Of a stretch of DNA of 45,063 bases, positions 29,257-37,993 are shown in pieces. Made by a program: the position numbers and the translations under genes. Position 1 is the stretch's first letter, and every line of letters begins with the position of its first letter. The stretch spans positions 1-45,063 of the forward strand of contig JAGAEF010000307.1 of NCBI GenBank assembly GCA_017613255.1, read 5' to 3'. This DNA is from Lentisphaeria bacterium. Its GTDB lineage: Bacteria > Verrucomicrobiota > Lentisphaeria > Victivallales > UBA1829. Below the pieces are notes generated by a model that saw only the letters and a program-made list of their open reading frames with translations, searched no databases and had not been told where the DNA came from.

Positions 29257-29916
29257 ATGGCTGGGGAAGAACAGCGGAGCAAGGAAAGTCTGAGGCGGGA
29301 AAAACGACTTCTGAGGAAAAGTCTGTCCGCGGAAGACCGGAAAAGTTTCGACGAGGCCATTTGCAGCGCTCTGGAAGGTTTGCCGGAAGTGGAAAAGTTC
29401 CCTCTCATCGCGGCTTATGCCACGGACGGGACGGAACCGAATCTTCTGGGATTCCTGAAAAAAGCGGTACGGAAGGGGAGAAAGGTCTGTCTCCCCAGAA
29501 GGAAATGCGATTCGGAATACGAAATGGCGTTTGTGGACGGTTCCTTCCGGCTTGTTCCGGGAAAGTGGAACATTCCGGAGCCCTGCGGGGATTCGGAAAA
29601 GGTTCCTCCCGAACTGCTGAAAGACGCTCTGTTCCTTGTGCCCGGCGTGGCCTTCGACGAAGGCTACGGAAGGCTGGGCAGGGGAAAAGGGATCTACGAC
29701 AGGATGCTTTCCTCCCTGCGGGGAATGAGCATCGGGATCTTCTACGAATGCCAGAAATGCGAAAAAGTCCCTCTTGAGGAGCATGACAGACTCCTCGACA
29801 TTGTGGTAACGGAAAAAAGGGTGTATCGGCAAAGAGGCTCCGTCGGAGGGAAGGCGCAGGAAAATGCGCCGGAACTTTCTTCGGAAATTCCTGTCGAAAA
29901 GAACAAAAGGAACTGA
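29257..29916 (+). CDS. 5-formyltetrahydrofolate cyclo-ligase (MTHFS/YgfA family)
   Basis: N-terminal LRREKRLLRKSLSAEDR, then the diagnostic VPGVAFDEGYGRLGRGKGIYDR motif. A C-terminal extension of about 25 aa is present. Confidence 0.88.
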   Translation: MAGEEQRSKESLRREKRLLRKSLSAEDRKSFDEAICSALEGLPEVEKFPLIAAYATDGTEPNLLGFLKKAVRKGRKVCLPRRKCDSEYEMAFVDGSFRLVPGKWNIPEPCGDSEKVPPELLKDALFLVPGVAFDEGYGRLGRGKGIYDRMLSSLRGMSIGIFYECQKCEKVPLEEHDRLLDIVVTEKRVYRQRGSVGGKAQENAPELSSEIPVEKNKRN

Positions 29917-29927
29917 AAGGAGTAGAC

Positions 29928-31478
29928 ATGAACTGGATCTATGCTCTTTCCGGACTGGGCGCGGGTATTGCCGTCACAGTCGTTATTTACTTCGTCTTTC
30001 TGAAGGTGGTGGGGTCCAAATCCCTGAACGTGGCCGCCAAAAGGGTGGAGGATGCCGAACGGGAGGCCGAACGGTATCTGCGGGAAGCGCGGGTCACCGC
30101 CAAAAGCGACGTGCTGAAGATCAAGGAAGAGTTCGAAAACGAGATGAAGGAACGCCGCAGGGAGATCCAGTCTTCCGAAAAACGCCTTACCCAGAAGGAG
30201 GAAAATCTGGACCGGAAGATGGATTCTTACGAAGCGAAGATGAAGTTCGTGGAAAAGAAGGACCACGAAGCCGATCTTCTGCGGGAAAAACTCGAGAAGA
30301 AAGAAGAGGAGCTCAAAAACGCCATAGCCCGGCAGGTCACCGAACTGGAGCGCATCACCGAACTGGATCATGAAAGCGCCAAGAACCTTTTGCTGGAAAA
30401 ACTGCGGGGAGAGGTGGAAAACGAGTGCGGTCTTCTGGTGAGGGACATCGTGGAAGAGAGCCGGCAGAAGGCGGAACGGGAGTCCCAGCAGCTTATCGTG
30501 GAGGCCATCCAGCGGTACGCCGGAGACTGCACCTACGAGCGCACCACCGCCACCATCCCCCTGCCCGGGGATGAAATGAAAGGCCGCATCATCGGACGGG
30601 AAGGGCGCAACATCCGGGCGCTGGAAGCCGTCACGGGAGTGAGCATCCTCATCGACGATACTCCCGAAGCCGTGGTCATCTCCTGCTTCGATCCCATCCG
30701 CAAGGAGGTGGCCCGCCGCCTGCTGGAAAAACTCATCGCCGACGGCAGGATCCATCCCACCCGCATCGAAGAGCTCATCAAGAAGATCCGCAAGGAGATC
30801 GACGAAGAGGTCTTCGAAGCCGGGGAAAAGGCCGTTCTGGATACGGGCCTTCAGGGCGTGCCCAAACAGCTGATCTCCCTTCTGGGCAGACTGAAATTCC
30901 GTTTCAGCTTCTCCCAGAACGTTCTCATGCACTCCATCGAAACCGCCTCCTTCATGGGGACCATCGCCGCCGAACTGGGGCTGGACGAAAGAAAAGCCCG
31001 CAGGATCGGGCTGTTCCATGATATCGGCAAGGCTGTGGATCATGAAGTGGAAGGCACCCACGCTTCCATCGGCGCGGATATCCTGCGCAAGTACGGAGAG
31101 AACAAGGACGTCATCAACGCGGTGGCCGCCCACCACGAGGAGGTGGAAGGCACCTCCGTATACGCCTTCCTTGCCAATGCCTGCGACGCCCTGAGCGCCT
31201 CCCGCCCCGGCGCCAGAAGCGAGACGACGGAACTGTATCTCAAGCGTCTGGAACAGCTGGAATCCATCGCCAACGACTTCGAAGGCGTGGAGTCCTGTTT
31301 TGCTCTTCAGGCCGGCAGAGAGGTGCGCGTGGTGGTCCAGCCCGAAAAGATCTCGGAGGCCAAGGCCCAGCTCCTGAGCAGAGACATCTGCAACCGGATC
31401 GAAAAGGAGATGAACTATCCCGGCCAGATCAAGGTGACCATCATCCGGGAAACCCGCGCCGTGGAATACGCCAAATAG
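29928..31478 (+). CDS. rny: Ribonuclease Y
   Basis: N-terminal TM helix, a long coiled coil, a KH domain (GRIIGREGRNIRALE), an HD domain (FHDIGKAVDHE) and a C-terminal IKVTIIRETRAVEYAK. Confidence 0.95.
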   Translation: MNWIYALSGLGAGIAVTVVIYFVFLKVVGSKSLNVAAKRVEDAEREAERYLREARVTAKSDVLKIKEEFENEMKERRREIQSSEKRLTQKEENLDRKMDSYEAKMKFVEKKDHEADLLREKLEKKEEELKNAIARQVTELERITELDHESAKNLLLEKLRGEVENECGLLVRDIVEESRQKAERESQQLIVEAIQRYAGDCTYERTTATIPLPGDEMKGRIIGREGRNIRALEAVTGVSILIDDTPEAVVISCFDPIRKEVARRLLEKLIADGRIHPTRIEELIKKIRKEIDEEVFEAGEKAVLDTGLQGVPKQLISLLGRLKFRFSFSQNVLMHSIETASFMGTIAAELGLDERKARRIGLFHDIGKAVDHEVEGTHASIGADILRKYGENKDVINAVAAHHEEVEGTSVYAFLANACDALSASRPGARSETTELYLKRLEQLESIANDFEGVESCFALQAGREVRVVVQPEKISEAKAQLLSRDICNRIEKEMNYPGQIKVTIIRETRAVEYAK

Positions 31479-31505
31479 TTTTCCATCTTTATACGGGGGT
31501 CCGGC

Positions 31506-32366
31506 ATGAGCTATCTGGAAGAGAAACCGTGCGTTTCCGGCGGTCTCCGGCAGACATACGAGGAAGCCTTCGTTTCCTTCGCCCTGGGCCATTTTCCCGG
31601 TTCGGGCGGGGAGGAAGCGCTTCCCTTCATCGTGCGCAGCAAGATCCATCACACGCTGGATGTGTGCCGCATCGGGGAGTACATCATGGAAAAGGAGCCC
31701 TGCTGGAAGGCGCTGCCCCGGCGGGAGCATTTCCTCGGCTACTGCGTCTGTCTGGCCCACGATCTTTCCCGTTTTTCCCAGTACAGGGATTTCGGGACAT
31801 TGCGGGACGATGTTTCCTTCGATCACGGGGAGAAGAGCGCTTTTCTTCTGCGCTCCGGCGCCTTTCCTCTTCCGGAGCTTGCCCCCGAAGAACGGGAAAA
31901 GGTCGCCCGCGCCGTGGAAGTGCACAATAAAAAAAGGATCCCGGAAACGTATCCTGCCGATGAGCTCCATCTGGCAAAGCTGGTCCGGGATGCGGACAAG
32001 CTTTCCATTCTCAAGGTGGTTACGGGTCACTTCGAGACGCCGGAGGAAAAACGGGACAGAAGCGTGGAACTGGGAGTCCCGGACACCCCCGGCTGTACGG
32101 AAGAGGTGCTGGAAAAGGCGCTTGCGGGCAACGGGATCTCCTACAGGGACATCCGGAACGTCAACGATTTCAAGATCGTGGTTTTCCAGTGGCCCGAAGA
32201 CCTGAATTATTCCGCATCGGCGCAGTATGCGCTGGAAAAGGATTTGTTCGGGAAATTTGCTTCTTTCCTGCCTTCCCACCCGAAAATGCCTCTTCTTGTG
32301 GAAAGAACGCTTTCCCTGCTTAGGAGCCTTGCGGCGGGAGAAAGGGGGCTTTGTGGCGCTTCTTGA
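31506..32366 (+). CDS. HD-domain phosphohydrolase-like protein
   Basis: IHHTLDVCRIG (His) and CLAHDLSRF (His-Asp), with a later DADKLSIL motif. The specific function is unknown. Confidence 0.6.
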   Translation: MSYLEEKPCVSGGLRQTYEEAFVSFALGHFPGSGGEEALPFIVRSKIHHTLDVCRIGEYIMEKEPCWKALPRREHFLGYCVCLAHDLSRFSQYRDFGTLRDDVSFDHGEKSAFLLRSGAFPLPELAPEEREKVARAVEVHNKKRIPETYPADELHLAKLVRDADKLSILKVVTGHFETPEEKRDRSVELGVPDTPGCTEEVLEKALAGNGISYRDIRNVNDFKIVVFQWPEDLNYSASAQYALEKDLFGKFASFLPSHPKMPLLVERTLSLLRSLAAGERGLCGAS

Positions 32367-33321
32367 GGTGAAAGACCTGAAAAAATATTATCCCGCGGGA
32401 GGGGGGCTTTTTTCTCCGAAAAAGTTCGTGAAGGCCGTGGACGGAGTGAGTTTTACTCTGGAAGCGGGGGAAACCCTGGGCCTCGTAGGGGAAAGCGGCT
32501 GCGGAAAAAGCACGCTGGCAAGGGTGCTCCTGCGTCTGGAAGAGCCGCAAAGCGGCAGCATCCTTCTGGACGGGACCGAGCTCACCGCCCTGAAAGGGGA
32601 GGCCCTGCGGAAGAGACGGGGGGATTTCCAGATGATCTTTCAGGATCCCTACGCCTCCCTCAACCCCCGGCTGAGCGTCTATTCCACGCTGGAGGAGCCG
32701 CTTCTTCTGCACACGCATCTCAACAAAGAGGAGCGCAAAGAGAGGATCGGAGAACTTCTGGACATGGTGGGACTGCACCGGGAACACGCGGGAAGGTATC
32801 CCCATCAGTTCAGCGGCGGTCAGCGTCAGAGGATCGGGATAGCCCGGGCTCTGGCGGTGAATCCCCGCTTCATCGTGGCGGATGAACCCGTTTCCGCTCT
32901 GGATGTGAGCGTACAGGCCCAGATCGTGAACCTGCTTCAGGATATTCAGAAAAAGACCGGGACGGCCTTTCTCTTCATCGCCCATGACCTCGCCGTGGTG
33001 GAACATATCAGCAAAAGGATCATGGTGATGTATCTGGGGAAGGTCATGGAGCTGGGGGATGCCCGGGAGCTCTGCAGCGCGCCCAGACACCCCTATACGG
33101 AGGCGCTTCTTGCTTCCGTGCCGGTGCTGGATCCGGAACGGAGAGGAAAGAAGAGGAAACTTTCCGGGGACGTGCCGTCCCCCCTTGCGCCTCCCTCCGG
33201 GTGCCGGTTCCATCCCCGCTGTCCCCGTGCGGAAAAGATCTGCACGGAACAGGAACCCCCCATGCGCGATCTGGGAAACGGGCACTTCTGCTGCTGTCAT
33301 TTTGCGGAATCGAAAACATAA
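32353..33321 (+). CDS. ABC transporter ATP-binding protein, oligopeptide/dipeptide (OppF/DppF) type, without adjacent permease or binding protein
   Basis: GTG start at 32353 after GGAGAAAGGGGG, overlapping the HD gene by 14 nt. Motifs are Walker A GESGCGKST, signature FSGGQRQRIGIARAL, Walker B FIVADEPVSALD, and the C-terminal oligopeptide-type PRHPYTEALL...CRFHPRCP module. Confidence 0.88.
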   Translation: MALLEVKDLKKYYPAGGGLFSPKKFVKAVDGVSFTLEAGETLGLVGESGCGKSTLARVLLRLEEPQSGSILLDGTELTALKGEALRKRRGDFQMIFQDPYASLNPRLSVYSTLEEPLLLHTHLNKEERKERIGELLDMVGLHREHAGRYPHQFSGGQRQRIGIARALAVNPRFIVADEPVSALDVSVQAQIVNLLQDIQKKTGTAFLFIAHDLAVVEHISKRIMVMYLGKVMELGDARELCSAPRHPYTEALLASVPVLDPERRGKKRKLSGDVPSPLAPPSGCRFHPRCPRAEKICTEQEPPMRDLGNGHFCCCHFAESKT

Positions 33322-33330
33322 GGGACGAGA

Positions 33331-35637
33331 ATGAAAAAGAATTGGAAAGCGTTTGCGGTACTGTTTCTGCTCCTTTTGGGGCTTCTGGGCTGTTTCCGGA
33401 TCTCCGCCGGGAGTTTTTCCGGGGAAAAGACGGACAGGGGGGCGGAAAAGACTGCGGCATCCTCCGCAGGGAAAAAGGCGCTTGCCCCTTCCGCGGATAT
33501 GAAGGTGGTCGCCAAGGTGGTCGCCTACACCACGGAACACTCCCACTTCCGCAAGGAAAAGATCAATGAGGAGATCTCCCGCGCCCTTTTCGACGACTAT
33601 TTCAAGATGCTGGATCCGGGGAGAAACTTTTTCACGGAAAAGGATATTGCCCGCTTTTCCCCCCGCCGGGACCGTCTGGCCTTCGATCTTTCCACCGGAG
33701 ACATCTCCTTTGCCTTCGAGGTCTTCGGTCTCTATGCGGAAAGGCTCAAAAACTATGAAAAATTCGTCAACAGCTTTCTCTCCACTCCCGTAAGTCTTTC
33801 CTCTTCGGAAACCTATGTTCCCAACCGTTCCAAGCTCCCCTGGTGCGCAAACGAAAAGGAATTGAAGACGCTGTGGAGAAAGAGGATCATCAACGACCTC
33901 ATCCTCATGAACATGACGGACCGGGCAGAAAAGGAGGAACGGGAGAAGGCTGCCGCGGAAAAGGCTTCGAAGAAGGCTGCCGCGGAAAAGACTTCGAAGA
34001 AGGCTGCCGCGGAAAAGGCTTCGGAGAAGACTGCCGCGGAAAAAGCGGCGAAAAAGCCTGCGGGAAAGGAGGAGAAGAAGGAGGAATCCCCGCTCCCGCC
34101 TGCAAAGAAACGGAGTCCGGAAGAACGCCTCAAAAAGAGAGTGCACCAGTTCGTGCAGTATTATTCCGGCATGGAGTCCCGGGATGTGGCGGAACTTTTT
34201 CTCACCTGCTTCCTGCAGGTCTATGATCCCCACTCCTCCTACATGTCCCCCCGGACGCAGGAGGATTTCGACATCAACATGAAGCTTTCCCTGGTGGGGA
34301 TCGGCGCGGTCCTGACCAACGAAGACGGGTACACCAAGATCGTGAAAATCATTCCCGGCGGGCCCGCCGACAAGGACGGCAGACTCAAGGCGGGAGACCG
34401 GATCGACGGCGTGACCCAGGAGAACGGGGAGCACACCGATCTCATGGATATGCCCGTTTCCAAGGTGGTGAACTTCATCCGGGGGAAAGCCGGGACGAAA
34501 GTGACTCTTTCCGTACTGGAAAAGGGCAATACGGGCGCACGGAAAAGCATTACATTGGTGCGCGCGGAAGTGAAACTCAAGGATTCGGAAGCTTCCGGCA
34601 AGATCCGCAAGGTGAAGGATTCTTCCGGAAAGGAGAGAAAGATCGGCGTCATCACGCTTCCCTCCTTCTATATCGATTTCGAAGCCGCCTTCCGGGGGGA
34701 CAGGGACTATAAGAGTTCCACAAGAGATGTCCTGCGCATCATCGGAGAACTGGTCCGGGAAGGGCCTCCCGACGGGCTCGTCATCGATCTGAGGGGCAAC
34801 GGCGGCGGAAGTCTTCTGGAAGCGGTGACCCTTACGGGCCTCTTCATTCCCTCCGGTCCCGTGGTGCAGGTGCGGGACCCCAAGAACACCAAGGTGGATT
34901 CCGACCGGGACGGGGGACTTGTGGCCTATCCGGGCCCGCTGGCGGTGCTGACCAACCGCCTCAGCGCCTCTTCCGCGGAGATCTTCACCGGCGCCATACA
35001 GGATTACCGCAGAGGACTCGTCATAGGGGATCGGCGCACCCACGGAAAGGGAACGGTGCAGACCGTGTCGGATCTGGGGAAATATACCTCGTTTCTGGGC
35101 ATGGGGAGCGCGGCGGGGTCGCTTAAGCTCACCAATGCGAAATTCTACCGGATCAACGGAGAGTCCACCCAGTTGAGAGGGGTGGTGCCGGATATTATTC
35201 TTCCCTCTTTTTCCGAGCTCATGGATCTGGGAGAGGACAAGCTGCCTCACGCCATGGCCTGGGACAAGATCGACCCCGTCTCCTATGTGCCCCTGCGCAC
35301 GGGCATCCCCCAGTGTCTCCCCTTCCTGCGGGAACAGTCGGAAAAGCGCCAGGAAAAGGAGCCCGATTTCGTTACCCTGCGCCGGGACATGGAAAGCTAC
35401 CGGAAGATCCGGGACAAGAAAGAGGTCGTCCTTGACCTGCAGAAGCGCTGGAAGGAGTATCAGGCGGAAAAGAAACTTTTCGAGGAACAGGAAAAGATCC
35501 TCAAGACGGATCAGGACGAGGATACGGAGAAAAGCGCTTCCGGCAGGGAGAAGAAGGGCACGGATCTCTATCTCAAGGAGACCCTTTCCATCATGTGCGA
35601 CTATCTTTCCTGGTGCGACCGGGTGCGGCGTCCCTGA
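33331..35637 (+). CDS. prc: Tail-specific (C-terminal processing) protease, S41 family, probable lipoprotein
   Basis: Signal peptide with LLGC lipobox, a PDZ region (GIGAVLTNEDGYTKIVKIIPGGPADKDGRLKAGDRI), S41 catalytic motifs DLRGNGGGS, SASSAEIF and THGKGTVQ, and a Prc-type C-terminal domain. Confidence 0.9.
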   Translation: MKKNWKAFAVLFLLLLGLLGCFRISAGSFSGEKTDRGAEKTAASSAGKKALAPSADMKVVAKVVAYTTEHSHFRKEKINEEISRALFDDYFKMLDPGRNFFTEKDIARFSPRRDRLAFDLSTGDISFAFEVFGLYAERLKNYEKFVNSFLSTPVSLSSSETYVPNRSKLPWCANEKELKTLWRKRIINDLILMNMTDRAEKEEREKAAAEKASKKAAAEKTSKKAAAEKASEKTAAEKAAKKPAGKEEKKEESPLPPAKKRSPEERLKKRVHQFVQYYSGMESRDVAELFLTCFLQVYDPHSSYMSPRTQEDFDINMKLSLVGIGAVLTNEDGYTKIVKIIPGGPADKDGRLKAGDRIDGVTQENGEHTDLMDMPVSKVVNFIRGKAGTKVTLSVLEKGNTGARKSITLVRAEVKLKDSEASGKIRKVKDSSGKERKIGVITLPSFYIDFEAAFRGDRDYKSSTRDVLRIIGELVREGPPDGLVIDLRGNGGGSLLEAVTLTGLFIPSGPVVQVRDPKNTKVDSDRDGGLVAYPGPLAVLTNRLSASSAEIFTGAIQDYRRGLVIGDRRTHGKGTVQTVSDLGKYTSFLGMGSAAGSLKLTNAKFYRINGESTQLRGVVPDIILPSFSELMDLGEDKLPHAMAWDKIDPVSYVPLRTGIPQCLPFLREQSEKRQEKEPDFVTLRRDMESYRKIRDKKEVVLDLQKRWKEYQAEKKLFEEQEKILKTDQDEDTEKSASGREKKGTDLYLKETLSIMCDYLSWCDRVRRP
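33945..34052 (+). repeat. In-frame 27-nt tandem repeat (4 units) inside prc encoding (K/E)KAAAEKAS
   Basis: Units at 33945-33971, 33972-33998, 33999-34025 and 34026-34052. They read GAAGGCTGCCGCGGAAAAGGCTTCGAA with 1-6 substitutions per unit. Translation is KAAAEKASKKAAAEKTSKKAAAEKASEKTAAEKAAKK. Confidence 0.9.
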
Positions 35638-35652
35638 ATTCTGTGGACCGTT

Positions 35653-37239
35653 TCAGAGGTTCGGGCGGGAAAGCAGCGCTTCCGCCATGCGGATCCCGTC
35701 CGCCGCCGAGGAGGTGATCCCTCCCGCCATTCCCGCGCCTTCCCCGGCCGTATACAGTCCGGGAAGGGAGGAGCAGAGCGTTTCCGGATCCCTCTCGAAC
35801 CGCACGGGGGAGGAGACGTGGGTTTCCAGCCCCGCAAGAAGGCCTCTTTCGATGAAGGAGGGAGCCATGCCGTCGAAGTGTTTCAGGGCGCGGCGGAGGG
35901 ATTCGAACACATTCCCGGGCAGGATCTCGTCCAGTCTTGCGCTTTTCAATCCCAGAGGATAGGAGGAAAAAAGCTTCCCGCTCCCGGCGGTCCTGCGCAG
36001 GAAATCCAGGGCGCTCTGGGCAGGGCAGGTGTAGTCGCCTCCGCCGGAAGAAAAGACCTTTTTTTCCAGTTCGTCCAGAAAAGTGAAGGCCTGCAGGGGC
36101 GAAGAAAACTCTTTTTCGCTCACGGTGGTGACGATGGCGGAATTGGCGTAACGGCCGTTTCTGGCCGCATTGCTCATGCCGTTGGTGGAAAGACGCCCCT
36201 CTTCCGCCGTGGAGGGGATGATCTCTCCCCCAGGACACATGCAGAAACTGGTTGCTCCGGAAATTTTGCCGTTTCCCGTGGGGCGGGAGACGAAATTATA
36301 TTCCGCATTGCCCACGCAAGGAGGCGCTTCCGACACGCCGAACTGGATGCGGTTGATGTAGCTCTGGGGGTGTTCGATGCGGCACCCGATCTGAAAGCCC
36401 TTCATGGAGTATTTCACTCCGGCGGAGACAAGGGAAAGAATGAAAGACCTTGCGCTGTGTCCGCATGCGGCAATGACGGCAGGCGCTTCCGCCTTCTCCC
36501 CTGAGGCAAGGAGGACGCCTCGGCACTTTCCTTCCCGGATGAGAAGCTTTTCCGCTCTCGCGTTCCAGCGGAAAGTCCCGCCCAGAGCCATGATCTTTCT
36601 CCGCAGGGCCGCCACGATCTGCGGGAGTCTGTCGGAGCCGATATGGGGATGACTGAAGTAGGCGATGGATTGGTCCGCCCCGCACTCCACGAAGGTATTC
36701 AGAATGAAGCGGATCCTCCCGTCCCGGATGCGGGTGAAAAGTTTTCCGTCGGACCAGGTGCCCGCGCCGCCCTCCCCGTAGAGGAAATTGCTTTCCGGAT
36801 TGAGTTTTCTTGCGGCAAGGAAGCCATCGATATCGAATTTCCTTGCATCCACGCTTCTGCCCCGCTCCAGAACGACGGGCCTGCACCCCGCCAGCGCCAG
36901 AACGTAGGCGGCGAAAAGTCCGGCAGGACCCGCTCCCACGATGATGGGGGATTGGATCCCGCTTCGGTTGACGAACTTTTCCTCCGGGGCAGGCTCCTCC
37001 GGCGCGGGAAGGAGGGGAAAGGCGCTTTTCACGTTGTCGGGGACGTCGGCAACAAGAGTGTACAGAAGTTTGACGTCGCCCTTGCGTCTGGCGTCGATGC
37101 TCCACTTCACGATTCGGTAGGAGAGGACGTCGGAGACATGGATCCCGCACTTTGCGGCGATATGGGGCTGGAGAAGCGTATCGATCTCCCGGGGCTGGTT
37201 TTTCGCGGAAAGAACGAGGTTTTCTACGGAGATCTTCAT
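35653..37239 (-). CDS. FAD-dependent oxidoreductase (COG2509-like uncharacterised dehydrogenase)
   Basis: Dinucleotide-binding motif IIVGAGPAGLFAAYVLALAG, a C-terminal GLYTAGEGAGMAGGI motif, and an AGGAAAG RBS. Confidence 0.75.
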   Translation of the reverse strand: MKISVENLVLSAKNQPREIDTLLQPHIAAKCGIHVSDVLSYRIVKWSIDARRKGDVKLLYTLVADVPDNVKSAFPLLPAPEEPAPEEKFVNRSGIQSPIIVGAGPAGLFAAYVLALAGCRPVVLERGRSVDARKFDIDGFLAARKLNPESNFLYGEGGAGTWSDGKLFTRIRDGRIRFILNTFVECGADQSIAYFSHPHIGSDRLPQIVAALRRKIMALGGTFRWNARAEKLLIREGKCRGVLLASGEKAEAPAVIAACGHSARSFILSLVSAGVKYSMKGFQIGCRIEHPQSYINRIQFGVSEAPPCVGNAEYNFVSRPTGNGKISGATSFCMCPGGEIIPSTAEEGRLSTNGMSNAARNGRYANSAIVTTVSEKEFSSPLQAFTFLDELEKKVFSSGGGDYTCPAQSALDFLRRTAGSGKLFSSYPLGLKSARLDEILPGNVFESLRRALKHFDGMAPSFIERGLLAGLETHVSSPVRFERDPETLCSSLPGLYTAGEGAGMAGGITSSAADGIRMAEALLSRPNL

Positions 37240-37282
37240 GGTCTTTCCTGAAAACGGTACATTTCTGCCGGGAAAGGAAAAA

Positions 37283-37795
37283 TCACTTCACGGGATTCTG
37301 CAAGGGGGGAAGGCCTTTTTCGGATCTCCCCCGGTTCACTTCCAGCAGGAAGGCCGGATCCCGGAAAATGAGCTTGGTAAGCTTGGTCTTGCTGATGTTC
37401 ATGACCTCCGCGGCGGCGGGAATATCCCAGCTGCGGTCCATAAGACGGTCCAGCATGAGAGCCAGAGCTGTGGAATAGACCTTCACGTTGGTCATCGAAG
37501 GCGGCGGAGAGAGCACGGGAAGGGGGGATTTTTCCGTGATGGGGTTCCGGATCTTCAGCGCAATGCGCAGACGCAGTTTCTTCAGCGCGTTGGAAAGGTT
37601 CCGCACCTGACTGCGTTCCTTCGTATCCTCCGCGGAAAGTCCGCTTGCCTGATGGATGAGTCTGACAGCCGAAGAGGTCTTGTTCACCTTCTGTCCGCCG
37701 TTGCCGGAACATTTGTGAAAATCGATGATGCAGCCCTTTTTCAAGGTCTCGTCATCTTCCGCAAGCCAAATATCTCGCATTTCTGCCTCAGACAT
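37283..37795 (-). CDS. GGQ-motif (RF-1 domain, ArfB/peptidyl-tRNA-hydrolase-like) protein with HTH-like C-terminal domain
   Basis: Start at MSEAEM with a GGAGAAAGGA RBS. SGNGGQKVNKTSSAVRL is the class-I release factor/ArfB GGQ signature. The C-terminal ~70 aa contains IPAAAEVMNISKTKLTKLI, which resembles a Fis-type helix-turn-helix rather than the basic ArfB tail. Confidence 0.7.
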   Translation of the reverse strand: MSEAEMRDIWLAEDDETLKKGCIIDFHKCSGNGGQKVNKTSSAVRLIHQASGLSAEDTKERSQVRNLSNALKKLRLRIALKIRNPITEKSPLPVLSPPPSMTNVKVYSTALALMLDRLMDRSWDIPAAAEVMNISKTKLTKLIFRDPAFLLEVNRGRSEKGLPPLQNPVK

Positions 37796-37907
37796 AACAT
37801 CCTTTCTCCGCGGGAACACCGCCCCTCCGCGAAAAACACACTTTTTCCGCTTCCTCACGGTCTGAAGAACCGCCGTTTTTCTCCCGCGATACCATCTGTG
37901 ACTCTTT

Positions 37908-37936
37908 ACTATACACCGTCCCCGTCGGATTTGCAA
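37908..37936 (-). promoter_or_regulatory. Candidate promoter TTGCAA-N17-TATAGT (GGQ gene, minus strand)
   Basis: On the minus strand, TTGCAA lies at 37936-37931 and TATAGT at 37913-37908, about 110 nt upstream of the ATG at 37795. Confidence 0.45.
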
Positions 37937-37993
37937 ATATTTTTCCGATTTTCTCTTCTCCGTGCCTTCCGGGAGTGAGGCGCAAAGCGCTCC

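Noticed and set aside
32320-35250. 976-aa minus-strand ORF opposite the ABC ATPase and prc. Similar long antisense ORFs lie at 9812-12148, 29742-32279, 13092-14828, 1274-2605, 2602-4155, 4744-6489, 6844-8904, 38285-39976 and 40522-41967.
   Set aside because: All are mirror frames of well-supported genes. Their compositions are biased and repetitive, and none has a convincing start context.
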